This document shows positions 17,134 to 26,479 of a stretch of 64,000 nucleotides of DNA, piece by piece (the stretch's first letter is position 1; each line of letters opens with the position of its first letter). A model generated the notes under the pieces. It searched no databases. It was not told the DNA's origin and saw nothing but the letters and a program-made list of their open reading frames with translations. Origin of the DNA: Candidatus Salsuginivita brisbanensis (GTDB taxonomy: Bacteria > Verrucomicrobiota > Verrucomicrobiia > Opitutales > Opitutaceae). The translations under genes were made by a program, and so were the position numbers. The stretch spans positions 1,700-65,699 of the forward strand of contig JAYQOU010000002.1 of the NCBI GenBank assembly GCA_038144975.1, written 5' to 3'.

Positions 17134-18117
17134 ATGTCCTCGAAGAAGCTCCGCTGCGGGGTGGCCGGTGTCGGTTCGCTCGGCCAGCATCACGCGCGCA
17201 TCTATGCGTCGCTGCCCGGGGTCGAGTTCGTCGGCATCCTCGAGAGCGACAACGCCCGGGCGGCCGAGATCTGCGCCCGACACAACTGCAGGCGGTTTTC
17301 GTCGATCGAGGAAATGGGGGATGCCTGCGATGCCGTGTCAGTCGTGGTGCCGACCGACCGCCATGCCGAGGTCGCCCTGGAGTTGCTGAAGCGGAAAACC
17401 CACCTGCTGATCGAAAAGCCCATCTGTGCGACTCTCGAGGAGGCGGAGCGCGTTCTCGGAACGGCACAGGAGAATGGCTGCCTCGTGCAAGTTGGCCACG
17501 TCGAGCATTTCAACCCCGTGATGAGTTTTCTTGAGAAGCATGCGAGCGACCCGCGCTACATTACGGCGGAACGCCTCGCGCCCTACCAGACCCGCGGGAC
17601 CGAGGTCGGCGTCGTGCTCGACCTGATGATCCACGACATCGGCATCGTCCTGGCCCTCGTGAAGTCCCCGATCGAGCGCATCGATAGCGTCGGTATCACG
17701 GTGCTCTCAAAGGGGGAGGACATCGCCAACGCGCGCATCCAGTTCAGGAACGGCTGCGTCGCGAACCTGAGCGCGAGTCGCATGAGCGCGAAGAAGCAGC
17801 GCGAGATCCGCATTTTTCAGTCCAACGCCTACCTGTCACTCGACTTCATGAACCAGAAGGGACACCTGGTGAAGAAGAGCGACATCATTGCCTACGGACT
17901 GAAGATGAAGGTCGGACTCGTGAAGGCGGGCGACCTGTCGGCGATTCCGGTGAAGGATATTCCAATCGAGAAGGGCGAGCCGCTCGCGCTGGAGCTAGGT
18001 CACTTCGTCGAGAGCGTCGCGCAGGTCCAGCAGCCCAAGGTTGGGGCGGCGCTCGGCAAGAGCGCGCTCGAGGTGGCGATCACGATCACGGAACAGATCC
18101 GGGCGGCGGCGAAATGA
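17134..18117 (+). CDS. Gfo/Idh/MocA family oxidoreductase (possibly GnnA-like, UDP-GlcNAc 3-dehydrogenase)
   Basis: N-terminal Rossmann motif 'LRCGVAGVGSLGQHHARIY', then 'EKP' and a C-terminal alpha/beta domain. It lies 33 nt upstream of lpxB on the same strand. Confidence 0.85.
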   Translation: MSSKKLRCGVAGVGSLGQHHARIYASLPGVEFVGILESDNARAAEICARHNCRRFSSIEEMGDACDAVSVVVPTDRHAEVALELLKRKTHLLIEKPICATLEEAERVLGTAQENGCLVQVGHVEHFNPVMSFLEKHASDPRYITAERLAPYQTRGTEVGVVLDLMIHDIGIVLALVKSPIERIDSVGITVLSKGEDIANARIQFRNGCVANLSASRMSAKKQREIRIFQSNAYLSLDFMNQKGHLVKKSDIIAYGLKMKVGLVKAGDLSAIPVKDIPIEKGEPLALELGHFVESVAQVQQPKVGAALGKSALEVAITITEQIRAAAK

Positions 18118-18150
18118 CCCTGGCACCGGGACCCTGACTCACCTGCAGCG

Positions 18151-19341
18151 ATGGCCGCGTTTCCCCCAGTGATCTTCCCGGCACCGCGCTCCGGCTCGGT
18201 GGACCTGCTGATCATCGCGGGCGAGCATTCGGGCGACGAACACGCGGCACGCCTCGTGGCGGCCGCCCGGGAGCGCCGTCCGACCCTGACCGTCTCCGCG
18301 CTGGGCGGACCGCGACTAGCCGCGGCGGGGGCCCAGTTGCTCCACGATCTCACGGCCTCCTCGGTCGTCGGCGTGGTCGAGGTGCTGAAGCACTACCGCT
18401 ATTTCCGGAACGTTTTCGACGAGACCCTGCACTGGATAACGATGCACGAGCCGAAGGCGGTCTGCTTCGTGGACTACCCGGGATTCAACCTGAGGCTCGC
18501 CGCGGCGATGCGGGAAACGGAACTGACACGATCGCCTGCGAGTCGGGTGCGCTCGCTGTACTACATCTCGCCGCAGATCTGGGCGTGGAAGGCCGGCCGC
18601 AGGTTCACCATGGCGCGGGATCTCGATGCGCTGGCCGTAATCTTCCCCTTCGAGGTGAAGACCTATGCCGACACGAACCTGCCGGTGAGCTTTGTCGGGC
18701 ATCCGTTCGCGGAATCCGGCCACTCCCTTCTGGTCCGACACGACCCGGATGGTCCCGTCCTGTTGCTGCCGGGCAGTCGGGAACAGCCGGTGCGCCGTAT
18801 CTTTTCGTCACTGCTCGATGCCTACGCGGTGTGCCACGAGAAGCTCGGAAGGCGGGCGGTCGTGCTGCATCCCAGCGAGCGAATCGGCGGCGTCCTGCGT
18901 CAGATGCTCGCGACGAGGGCGCCGGCGCTGAAGGACAAGATCGACCTGAAATCGCAGTCGACTGCCGGTTCGGCCAGGCCGGAACCGGTGGGGGCGTCAG
19001 CCGTGCTCACGTCGAGCGGCACGATGTCGATGCAGTGCGCGCTTGCGGGGATTCCCGGCGCGATCGCCTACCGGGCGAATCCTCTGACCTACCTGATCGG
19101 ACGCCGGGTGATCACTGTGCCGTGGCTTGGCATCGCCAACCTGATCCTTGGTGAGCCCATGTATCCCGAATTCCTGCAGGGAAGGGCGACGCCGGCGGCC
19201 CTGGCGAAGGAACTCGAGGCATGCGTCGGCGATCCGGCGCGACGCGAAAAGGCGGCGGCACAGTCGGCACGCTTGCGCGAGGCGCTTGGACGTCCGACCG
19301 AGGGCGACGCGGCCGACTGGCTGCTGAAGCAGCTCGGGTGA
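18151..19341 (+). CDS. lpxB: lipid-A-disaccharide synthase
   Basis: 'LLIIAGEHSGDEHAARLV' matches the LpxB N-terminal AGExSGD motif. The length is right and the C-terminal 'TSSGTMSMQCALAGIPGAIAYR...LPNLILG'-type region is present. Confidence 0.9.
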   Translation: MAAFPPVIFPAPRSGSVDLLIIAGEHSGDEHAARLVAAARERRPTLTVSALGGPRLAAAGAQLLHDLTASSVVGVVEVLKHYRYFRNVFDETLHWITMHEPKAVCFVDYPGFNLRLAAAMRETELTRSPASRVRSLYYISPQIWAWKAGRRFTMARDLDALAVIFPFEVKTYADTNLPVSFVGHPFAESGHSLLVRHDPDGPVLLLPGSREQPVRRIFSSLLDAYAVCHEKLGRRAVVLHPSERIGGVLRQMLATRAPALKDKIDLKSQSTAGSARPEPVGASAVLTSSGTMSMQCALAGIPGAIAYRANPLTYLIGRRVITVPWLGIANLILGEPMYPEFLQGRATPAALAKELEACVGDPARREKAAAQSARLREALGRPTEGDAADWLLKQLG

Positions 19342-19420
19342 GCAGACGGACTGCCTGACAGGCCGTCCCTACCACGAAGTGCAATATACCGGGTAGGGCG
19401 CACCAGTAACGTGGCGCGCC
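19342..19420. repeat. two R2 palindromes (CCCTACC / GGTAGGG flanked)
   Basis: 'gcagacggactgcctgacaggccgtccctacc' at 19342-19373 and 'ggtagggcgcaccagtaacgtggcgcgcc' at 19392-19420. They start directly after the lpxB stop codon. Confidence 0.75.
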
Positions 19421-19520
19421 ACACAAAAGAAAAACGTGCACAGGTGGACGGCATATAGAGCAGGGTCGTCCGCGATGTTGCCGGGGGCTCTTGGCCAGAG
19501 ATCTGATACCAGCCTGCCTC

Positions 19521-19603
19521 AATCTTACTCGTAATCTTAATCTTGCTCTTACTCGACTTGGCGGCTTCGAGAACGAGTAAGAGTACGAGTAAGAGTACGA
19601 TTT
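19521..19603. repeat. R1 hexamer-periodic hairpin
   Basis: Arms 'aatcttactcgtaatcttaatcttgctcttactcga' and 'tcgagaacgagtaagagtacgagtaagagtacgattt'. The right arm overlaps the hemA stop codon (TAA, complement 19602-19604). Confidence 0.85.
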
Positions 19604-20693
19604 ACCCCGCGAACTGGCCGCCGGGGGCGGGGGAGCCGGTGTTTTCTCGGCCGGCTGCGCCCGGGCCGAGGTGATGCTCGAGTTGGCTCCAGAGCGCCTC
19701 GACCCGCAGCTGCAGCAGCTCGCGGCAGCGCGCGACTTCGGCCGTGCGGGCGGCGAGGTTCTTCTCCGCGATCGCAGCGAGGTCGTCCAAGTTGTAGAGG
19801 AAGACGTTTTCCAGCCGCGCGACCTCGGGGTCGATGTCGCGTGGCATCGCGAGGTCGATGAAGAAGAGCGGGCGCGAGGGCCGCTGGTGCATCGCCTGAC
19901 GCACGGCTGCGGCTGATATCAGGGTCCCGGGGGCCGAGGTCGAGCCGACGACGACATCGAAGTCCTTCAGGCGACTCTCGACTTCCGCGAGCGGCAGGGA
20001 GTCGCCCTCGATGCGCGATGCCAGATCGGAGGCGCGCTCGATCGTACGGCTTGCGACTGTCATTGCCGGAGCGGCTCCGCGGCTGAGGAATGCCTTCGTG
20101 GTTTTCTCGGCGATGTCCCCTGCGCCGAGCACCAGCACGCGCACGCCGCCGAGCGCGCCGAAGATATTCGATGCGAGGTCGACGGCCACGTTGGCGACGC
20201 TCACATGGCCCTCGGTGATCGCGGTCTGCGAGCGGGCCAGCTTGGCCGCCTGGAAGGTTTTCTGGAACAGCCTGTTCAGCACCGGACCGGTGGATCGCAG
20301 CGCCTGGGCTGCCGCATAGGCGTCCTTCACCTGGCCGAGGATCTCGTTCTCGCCGACCATCTGCGACTCGAGCCCGGCGGCGACGCCGAACAGGTGGCGG
20401 ATGGCATCGCGGTCCCGACGCGTCATGCGCACGCGGCCGAAGTCCTCTGGGTCGAGCTGCCGATGGGCGCAGAACGCATCCTCTAGCGCGCGCAGGGCCG
20501 CGGGATCGTCGGCCACGGCGTAGATCTCGAGCCGGTTGCAGGTGCTCAGGAGCGCGAGCTCCCGGACGCCGGGGATCGCCGTGAGGCGCCCGTGAAGCTC
20601 CGCAGGGTCGGGGCCGGGCGAGAGCTTCTCGCGCATGGCGAGCGGCGCGGTCTGATGGGTTGCCCCGCTGACGAAGAGTCCGGGTCCGCTCAT
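19602..20693 (-). CDS. hemA: glutamyl-tRNA reductase
   Basis: 'LSTCNRLEIY', 'GLESQMVGENEILGQVK' and the NADPH motif 'VLVLGAGDIAE'. The start is set at the ATG (complement 20691-20693) that overlaps the upstream gene's stop as ATGA. The listed 636-aa ORF is an over-extension. Confidence 0.92.
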   Translation of the reverse strand: MSGPGLFVSGATHQTAPLAMREKLSPGPDPAELHGRLTAIPGVRELALLSTCNRLEIYAVADDPAALRALEDAFCAHRQLDPEDFGRVRMTRRDRDAIRHLFGVAAGLESQMVGENEILGQVKDAYAAAQALRSTGPVLNRLFQKTFQAAKLARSQTAITEGHVSVANVAVDLASNIFGALGGVRVLVLGAGDIAEKTTKAFLSRGAAPAMTVASRTIERASDLASRIEGDSLPLAEVESRLKDFDVVVGSTSAPGTLISAAAVRQAMHQRPSRPLFFIDLAMPRDIDPEVARLENVFLYNLDDLAAIAEKNLAARTAEVARCRELLQLRVEALWSQLEHHLGPGAAGRENTGSPAPGGQFAG

Positions 20694-21538
20694 GGCTCGA
20701 AGGTGCGGGTCGCCACCGTTGAATCGGCGGTTCGACCGGGGCCGACCCAGCTCAGGGAGGCCAGGGCTCCGGCGAAGAGGATGATGCAGGCCCAGGCGAA
20801 GCGGCGGGCCTGGAGCGGACCGGCGAGTCGCAGGCTGAGGGCGACAAGGTAGGCGGCCCAGACTGCGACCGTGATCCCGATCTTTGTCGAAGGAGTCGAG
20901 CCGGTATCCTGGAACCACCAGACCGAACCGACGACCAGCGAAGCCGTGAGCAGTGCCACCCCGGCGATCAACAGGCGCAGACTGATCTGCTCGAGCTCGA
21001 CGATTGAGGGGAGGAAGGAGAACCAGCCGCCGACGCGCTTCGACTTGAGCGAGTAGTTCCGGAGCAGGAACATCAGCGAGGTCAGGGCGAGCAGCGCAAA
21101 GACGCCGTAGCTGAAGACCGCGAGGGCCGCGTGGAACTCGATCCAGGCGTTCTCGCCGAAGATGCCGGAGCGACGGGTGGCGTCCCATGAGGGCACCAGC
21201 AGGGAGACGAGCGACAGCACGGCCGTCAGGCAGGCGGTGAAGTGTCCGAGGAGGCTGGAGCGGAAAGTCACCCCGACCAGCAGGTACAAGGTTGTCGCCG
21301 ACCAGGCGGTGAACTGGATGATCTCGAAGTGGTTTCCGAGCGGGCAGCCGCCGACTTCCATGCCGCGCAGGTAGAGGCCCGCAAGCTGGCAGGCGTACCC
21401 GATCGCCATCAGTGCATAATTGAAGCCGAGCGACTGCGGACGACCCCGCAGCTGGGAGATCGTGCCCTGCACGAAGACGACGAAATAGAAGGCCGCGGCG
21501 ATCCACAGCCATTGGCGGTCGTCGAGTGCGAGCAGCAT
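20690..21538 (-). CDS. cytochrome c assembly (CcsA/HemX-like) family membrane protein
   Basis: 282 aa with eight hydrophobic segments. Similar to the CcsA-like proteins commonly found next to hemA. Translationally coupled to hemA. Confidence 0.8.
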   Translation of the reverse strand: MLLALDDRQWLWIAAAFYFVVFVQGTISQLRGRPQSLGFNYALMAIGYACQLAGLYLRGMEVGGCPLGNHFEIIQFTAWSATTLYLLVGVTFRSSLLGHFTACLTAVLSLVSLLVPSWDATRRSGIFGENAWIEFHAALAVFSYGVFALLALTSLMFLLRNYSLKSKRVGGWFSFLPSIVELEQISLRLLIAGVALLTASLVVGSVWWFQDTGSTPSTKIGITVAVWAAYLVALSLRLAGPLQARRFAWACIILFAGALASLSWVGPGRTADSTVATRTFEP

Positions 21539-21653
21539 TTCCGCGAATCTAGCCCGAAACCCTTACGAAGAAACAGGAAAGTTTCTGGGTAGGGAGCGGT
21601 AAAGCGGCAGCGTGCCGCAATCGAGCCGGACCGCGAAATGCCGCCCCGTCGGG

Positions 21654-22196
21654 TCAGCTCCTGGCCCGGGCGATAGTCACGTTCGCGGCGCCGCGCGGCT
21701 TTGGGCCCGCGACACCGAAGAACTCGACCACGTGGGAGACGTCGGCATAGCCGCGCTCCTGGAGCGTGCGCTCGACGCGCTGGATGGCCGACCGAAGCTC
21801 GGCGGCTGTCTCCGCGTCGATCTCCTCGACCGCCTTCGATTCCTTGCAGATCACATGGTAGCGGTGATCGCCACCGAGGTGCATTTCGTACAGCGCCGTG
21901 CCGTTCGGTAGAAACGAACGGCGCACGAGGCCGAGCTGCTCGAATGCGCCGAGGCAGCGGTAGACAGTCACCAGGTCACAGGAGGACGGCTTCAGGGAGT
22001 CGTGGATCTGCTCTATGCTCGCCGGACGGCCGACCTTAAGCAGCGTCTCAAGAATGGAAATGCGGGGTTGGGTGATACGAAGGCCCGCGCCGCGAAGCCG
22101 GTTAACTGCGGCGTCCAGAACCCCTTTCCGCGAAAGCTTCGCGGTAGTTTCATCGACACCGGTTAGGGGATGATTCGTTTGGGTCGACGCAAACAT
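21654..22196 (-). CDS. Fur family transcriptional regulator (lacks both CxxC pairs)
   Basis: Winged-helix region 'RITQPRISILETLLKVGRPASIEQIHDSL...VTVYRCLGAFEQLGLV' and dimerisation domain 'YEMHLGGDHRYHVIC'. The positions of the usual CxxC motifs read 'CKES' and 'GVAGPK'. Confidence 0.85.
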   Translation of the reverse strand: MFASTQTNHPLTGVDETTAKLSRKGVLDAAVNRLRGAGLRITQPRISILETLLKVGRPASIEQIHDSLKPSSCDLVTVYRCLGAFEQLGLVRRSFLPNGTALYEMHLGGDHRYHVICKESKAVEEIDAETAAELRSAIQRVERTLQERGYADVSHVVEFFGVAGPKPRGAANVTIARARS

Positions 22197-22354
22197 GTTA
22201 CAATTACCAAGCTGAGGACTCCGGGGGGCCTGGGCGAGATCAATATTGCCACTAATTCGACATAATCAGGCGGCTCCTGACGGCTAATTCGTAAATCCCA
22301 TGAGGGATTGCGCACCGCGACCTTGGCTGTACGTTTGGGTCCGACCTCGACCCA

Positions 22355-22804
22355 ATGCGGCAAGAAATCGACTTCTCGGAAATCGTAGCACTCATACGCA
22401 AGGAGGACCCGCGTTTCGCCCGTGGTGCCTATGATTTTGTCAGACTGGGGCTTGAGCATACAGTCAAGGAGCTGAAGCGGCGGGATACGGCCAAGGCGGG
22501 AAAGCCGTCCCATGTCACCGGTCCCGAGCTGCTCAATGGGCTGCGCAGCTATGCCCTGGACCAGTACGGGCCCCTGGCGAAGACCGTGCTGAATTCCTGG
22601 GGTGTGAAGCGATGCCGTGACTTTGGCGACATCGTCTTCAACCTGATCGAGTACAACGTGTTCAGTAAGAGCGAGAACGACCGCCGGGAGGACTTTTCCG
22701 ATATCTACACCTTCGATGAGGCGTTTGTGAAGCCCTTCCTGCCGTCGAGGCCCGCCCGGGCGGGCAAGTCTTCGTCGACCGCCGAATCGGTGGGCTCGGC
22801 CTGA
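22355..22804 (+). CDS. conserved hypothetical protein (resembles the Verrucomicrobia/Planctomycetes-restricted Minf_1886 / TIGR04138 family, from memory)
   Basis: 149 aa with coding-like G+C-rich third positions. The segment 'RFARGAYDFVRLGLEHTV...HVTGPELLNGLRSYALDQYGPLAKTVLNSWGVKRCRDFGDIVFNLIE' is how I recall that family, but I cannot verify this without a search. Confidence 0.6.
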   Translation: MRQEIDFSEIVALIRKEDPRFARGAYDFVRLGLEHTVKELKRRDTAKAGKPSHVTGPELLNGLRSYALDQYGPLAKTVLNSWGVKRCRDFGDIVFNLIEYNVFSKSENDRREDFSDIYTFDEAFVKPFLPSRPARAGKSSSTAESVGSA

Positions 22805-22812
22805 CGCGACGC

Positions 22813-25380
22813 ATGGCCCGTCGCCAGGCCAGTCTGTTTGCGAAGGATCTCGATCTGCTCGAACCTTTCTGGAAAGAGCCGGTCGAGCGTTTCCATCTGC
22901 CGAATGGCCTGACGGTCATTCTCAAGCCCGATCGTTCGGCCGCGCTGGCATCGGTGCAGGTCTGGGTGCGCACGGGAAGCCAGCACGAGGGGGAACACCT
23001 TGGCGCGGGGCTTTCGCACTACCTCGAGCACATGATGTTCAAGGGCACGGCCAAGCGCTCCGGCCGGGAAATATCGGCGACGATCCAGGGCCACGGCGGC
23101 GACATCAACGCGTACACCTCATTCGACCGCACGGTCTATTACGCCGACCTGCCGGCGCGCCACCTCGAGGTTGCGCTCGATGTGCTCGCCGACGCGATCT
23201 TCGCCTCGACACTTCCGGCGGATGAGGTGACGCGTGAGCGCGACGTCATCCTGCGCGAGATCGACATGACCCGGGACGATCCGGAGAACCGTTTCTGGGA
23301 GGCGCTCTTTGCGTCGGGATTTCGAGAGCATCCCTACCGCCATCCCATCATCGGCCACCGCGAGGCGTTCTCGGCGGTCACGCGGGAGGACCTGCTTCGG
23401 TATTACAGGAGCAGGTACGTGCCGAACAACACGGTCCTGGTGATCGTGGGAGACATCGACGCAGCGACGTTGCGCGAGCAGATAGGGCGTCACTTCGGGA
23501 CGGTCCCGAGGCGGCCCCTCGCGCCGGTGTACATCCCCGACGAGCCTGCGCCGCTGGCGCGGCGGGAGCAGCACGTCTACGAGGACGTCGAACTCACGCG
23601 CGGTGCGCTCTCGTGGCACATCCCGGGCCTCGGGCATCCGGATGCGCCTGCGCTCGACCTGCTGGGCACCGTGCTCGGCGGCGGGGACAGCTCGGTGCTC
23701 TGGCAGGCGGTGCGGGAAAAGTCGCGGCTTGTGCACTCGATCGACGCCCAGGCCTGGAATCCGGGCAATGGAGGACTCTTCTGCATCTCCTTCACCTGCG
23801 AGCCCGAGAAGCGAGCCGCTGCCGTGGCGGCAATCGAGAAGGTGCTTCGGTCGCACGAGAGACGCGGATTCAAGCCGGCGCAGCTCGGCAAGGCACGCCG
23901 GCAACTCATCGTTTCCGAGATCAACACGCGCAGGACCATGTCTGGGCAGGCATCGCGGCTGGGCGCCGCAGAGGTGGTCGTGGGCGACCTTGAGTATGGA
24001 AGGACCTACTTCGAGAGGCTCGCGGCGCTCCGGCCGGCAGACCTCGCGCGCATTGTGCGGACCTACCTCCAGCCCGCGCGGGCGATGGCGCTGTCGCAGA
24101 ACCCGAAGCGGGTTGCCGCGGCAGCCGCGGTCGAAAGCCGCGCGGCTCGGACGCTGCCGGACTTCGAGCAGATCAGGCTCGAGAACGGGGCGCGTCTCGT
24201 GCTGCAGCCGGACAGTCGCCTCCCGAACCTGCATCTCCGGCTGCTCTGCCTTGGCGGGCCGAAGGACGAGGATCCGTCGCGACGGGGAGCGTCGGCGCTG
24301 CTAGCGACGATGCTCACGAAGGACACCCGGAAGCGGAGCGCCGCCGAGGTCGCGCACTGCATCGAGGAGGTTGGGGGCGTGTTCCGGGGGTTCGCTGGCA
24401 ACAACAGCCTGGGTCTGGCCGCCGAGGTGCTGCCGCCGGATGCCGGCCGTGCGCTTGAGCTGATTGGGGACGCCATTCTTCGGCCCGCATTCCGGCGGAC
24501 GACTTTCGAGAAGGAACGCGCGGCGCAGCTTGCCGAGCTGAGGCAGGACGCCGACGACGTCGTGACCTTCGCGCGCAAGCGCATCCGCCAGCTTTACTTT
24601 GACGGCCATCCGCTGGCGATCGATGCGCACGGAGACGAGGCGGGCGTCAGGGCACTTGTGCCTGACGAACTTTCCGACCTGCATCGCCGGCTCTGGTCCG
24701 CACCCAACGTGGTGTTCGCGGTGGCAGGGGATTTTCAGCCGCGTTCGCTGGTGCCGAAGCTCAAGGCGTTTCTCTCGCGGCTGCCGAAAGGTGCGGGACA
24801 GAAAGGCGCCGGGCGCAGCTGGAATCCGCCGGCGGGCAGGAATCTCGTCGAGCGGCGCCAGCGCGAGCAGGCCGTGATCTTCCAGGCACATCCGGCGCCG
24901 CGACTGATGGACCGGGATTTCTACGTTGGCGAGGTGGCCGACGAGCTTTTCAGCGGCATGGCCTCGCGGCTCTTCGAGCGCGTGCGGGAAGAGAAGGGGC
25001 TGGCGTATTTTGTCAGGTCCTGCCGGGTGACGGGACTCGATGCCTCGATGTTCCAGTTCTACGCGGGCACGGCGCCGGCGCATGCGGAGGAGGTGCTGAA
25101 GGAGATCGACCTCGAGATCGCGCGAGTGCGCGAAGGCGGGGTGGAGGATGCCGAGATTGAGCGCTGCCGGGCGCGCCTGCAGGCGGCACGACAGCAGGGA
25201 ATGCAGACGAACGGAGCGCGCGCCTTCCAGGCGGGACTCGCCGTTCTCTTCGGACTGCCGGTCAACGACTGGAAAAAGTACGACGCGCGCGTCGAGGCAG
25301 TCACCCGCGAGGACCTGGCGCGCTTTGCGAGCAAGTACCTTGGCGCGGAAAATCGGATCCGGCTGACGGTCACGCCGTAG
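22813..25380 (+). CDS. M16 family (pitrilysin/insulinase) zinc peptidase, double-length (two M16 units)
   Basis: The inverted zinc motif HxxEH occurs in 'GLSHYLEHMMFKGT'. The 855 aa form two tandem peptidase_M16 + M16_C modules. Confidence 0.9.
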   Translation: MARRQASLFAKDLDLLEPFWKEPVERFHLPNGLTVILKPDRSAALASVQVWVRTGSQHEGEHLGAGLSHYLEHMMFKGTAKRSGREISATIQGHGGDINAYTSFDRTVYYADLPARHLEVALDVLADAIFASTLPADEVTRERDVILREIDMTRDDPENRFWEALFASGFREHPYRHPIIGHREAFSAVTREDLLRYYRSRYVPNNTVLVIVGDIDAATLREQIGRHFGTVPRRPLAPVYIPDEPAPLARREQHVYEDVELTRGALSWHIPGLGHPDAPALDLLGTVLGGGDSSVLWQAVREKSRLVHSIDAQAWNPGNGGLFCISFTCEPEKRAAAVAAIEKVLRSHERRGFKPAQLGKARRQLIVSEINTRRTMSGQASRLGAAEVVVGDLEYGRTYFERLAALRPADLARIVRTYLQPARAMALSQNPKRVAAAAAVESRAARTLPDFEQIRLENGARLVLQPDSRLPNLHLRLLCLGGPKDEDPSRRGASALLATMLTKDTRKRSAAEVAHCIEEVGGVFRGFAGNNSLGLAAEVLPPDAGRALELIGDAILRPAFRRTTFEKERAAQLAELRQDADDVVTFARKRIRQLYFDGHPLAIDAHGDEAGVRALVPDELSDLHRRLWSAPNVVFAVAGDFQPRSLVPKLKAFLSRLPKGAGQKGAGRSWNPPAGRNLVERRQREQAVIFQAHPAPRLMDRDFYVGEVADELFSGMASRLFERVREEKGLAYFVRSCRVTGLDASMFQFYAGTAPAHAEEVLKEIDLEIARVREGGVEDAEIERCRARLQAARQQGMQTNGARAFQAGLAVLFGLPVNDWKKYDARVEAVTREDLARFASKYLGAENRIRLTVTP

Positions 25381-25420
25381 GGCGGGCCGAAGGGCTGCTT
25401 TGCGTCCGTGGACCGGCCCA

Positions 25421-25515
25421 AATCGTACTCGTACTCTTAATCGTACACGTACTCAGTCCGGGGCCGTCGGGAACGACCTCGAGTAAGAGTACGAGTAGGA
25501 GTAGGAGTAGGAGTG
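25421..25515. repeat. R1 hexamer-periodic hairpin
   Basis: Arms 'aatcgtactcgtactcttaatcgtacacgtactca' and 'tcgagtaagagtacgagtaggagtaggagtaggagtg' around a 23-nt G+C-rich loop. It lies 40 nt after the M16 peptidase stop. Confidence 0.85.
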
Positions 25516-25633
25516 TGGGTGCGTCGGCGAACCGCACGCTGCGAACTCAATCCTCATTCCGCCATCGCCACTCCGCAATTCCGCCGCCGCTGGCTTGTCC
25601 CGAGGGCTCATGCCCGCACCATGTCAGGTGCCG

Positions 25634-26422
25634 ATGAACCTCGCCGAACTGTTCCCCGCTGGCGGATTCCGGTTTCGTGCCGGGCTCAGGCGCGGCGACC
25701 CCGCTGAGTTTTTCGGTCCGACGGATCAAACCGGCGAAGTTCGCCCAGAACGCGCCCGCTGGCTCGCCGAGGACGAGCGCCGTCATGCCGCGTTGCTGCC
25801 AGAGGGCGAAGTGCTGCTAAAGGCGTTTTCAGGACTTTGCAGCAGCTGGGGAGTTTCCAGGGAGACCGAGCTTGGGGCACTGGGCTCGGCGATCGAACCG
25901 GACTTCCTGTTTCTCGCCCCGGATGGCACCGGCACTTTCAGGCTCCTCGGCGGAGTCGTCTGTTTTCCGAGCGGATGGGCACTCGACGAGAAACTCGGCC
26001 GGCCGATGTGCGAGATTCATGAGCCGGTTCCGGGACTCAATCGGAACCTGGGGGTTTCCATCGACCGTATCCTGTCGGGGCTTCCCGGAGACTCGGGCGT
26101 GTTCCGCTCCGGCTGGGGCATCGCGGCGAACGCGGAACGCAATCAGCATCCTGTGCGCGGGCTTCCCGCGCCGACGTCGCCCGCTGACCTGCGGCAGCTC
26201 TGGCTCCGCGTGGAGAACCAGTGCCTGTTTGCGATTCCGGAGCGTGGGATCGTTTTCGGGATCCGGATCGAGCTCCACAGGCTCGACACGCTCGACGCGG
26301 CCGCGGGCACCGCCCTTGCGGACGCGATGGAGACCATGCCCTTGGAGGTCGCTGCCTACAAGCGGCTGGATTCCGTTCGCGACTTGCTTGTGGAAAGTCT
26401 GCGTTCCCGGTTCGGAATCTGA
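25634..26422 (+). CDS. DUF3445 domain protein (heme-dependent oxidative N-demethylase alpha-subunit-like)
   Basis: 'GGVVCFPSGWALDEKLGRPMCEIHEPVPGLN' matches the conserved 'CFPS.W.L.EK.G....IH.PVP' core of DUF3445. The start is set at ATG 25634; the listed ORF begins at 25595. Confidence 0.75.
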   Translation: MNLAELFPAGGFRFRAGLRRGDPAEFFGPTDQTGEVRPERARWLAEDERRHAALLPEGEVLLKAFSGLCSSWGVSRETELGALGSAIEPDFLFLAPDGTGTFRLLGGVVCFPSGWALDEKLGRPMCEIHEPVPGLNRNLGVSIDRILSGLPGDSGVFRSGWGIAANAERNQHPVRGLPAPTSPADLRQLWLRVENQCLFAIPERGIVFGIRIELHRLDTLDAAAGTALADAMETMPLEVAAYKRLDSVRDLLVESLRSRFGI

Positions 26423-26479
26423 TCGTTCTAGCGATTTCGCTGAAAGATCGCCGGGCATTTCCCCGTTATATGGGGTGCC

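Noticed and set aside
19602-21512. The 636-aa reading of hemA, and likewise 7041..8735 for ctaB, 55682..57010 for GT2, 56472..58331 for the methyltransferase, 47738..48946 for moxR and 12054..13694 for lysS.
   Set aside because: The N-terminal extensions run through neighbouring genes or promoters and lack homology-like sequence. Internal starts give canonical N-termini and ATGA/GTGA coupling overlaps.
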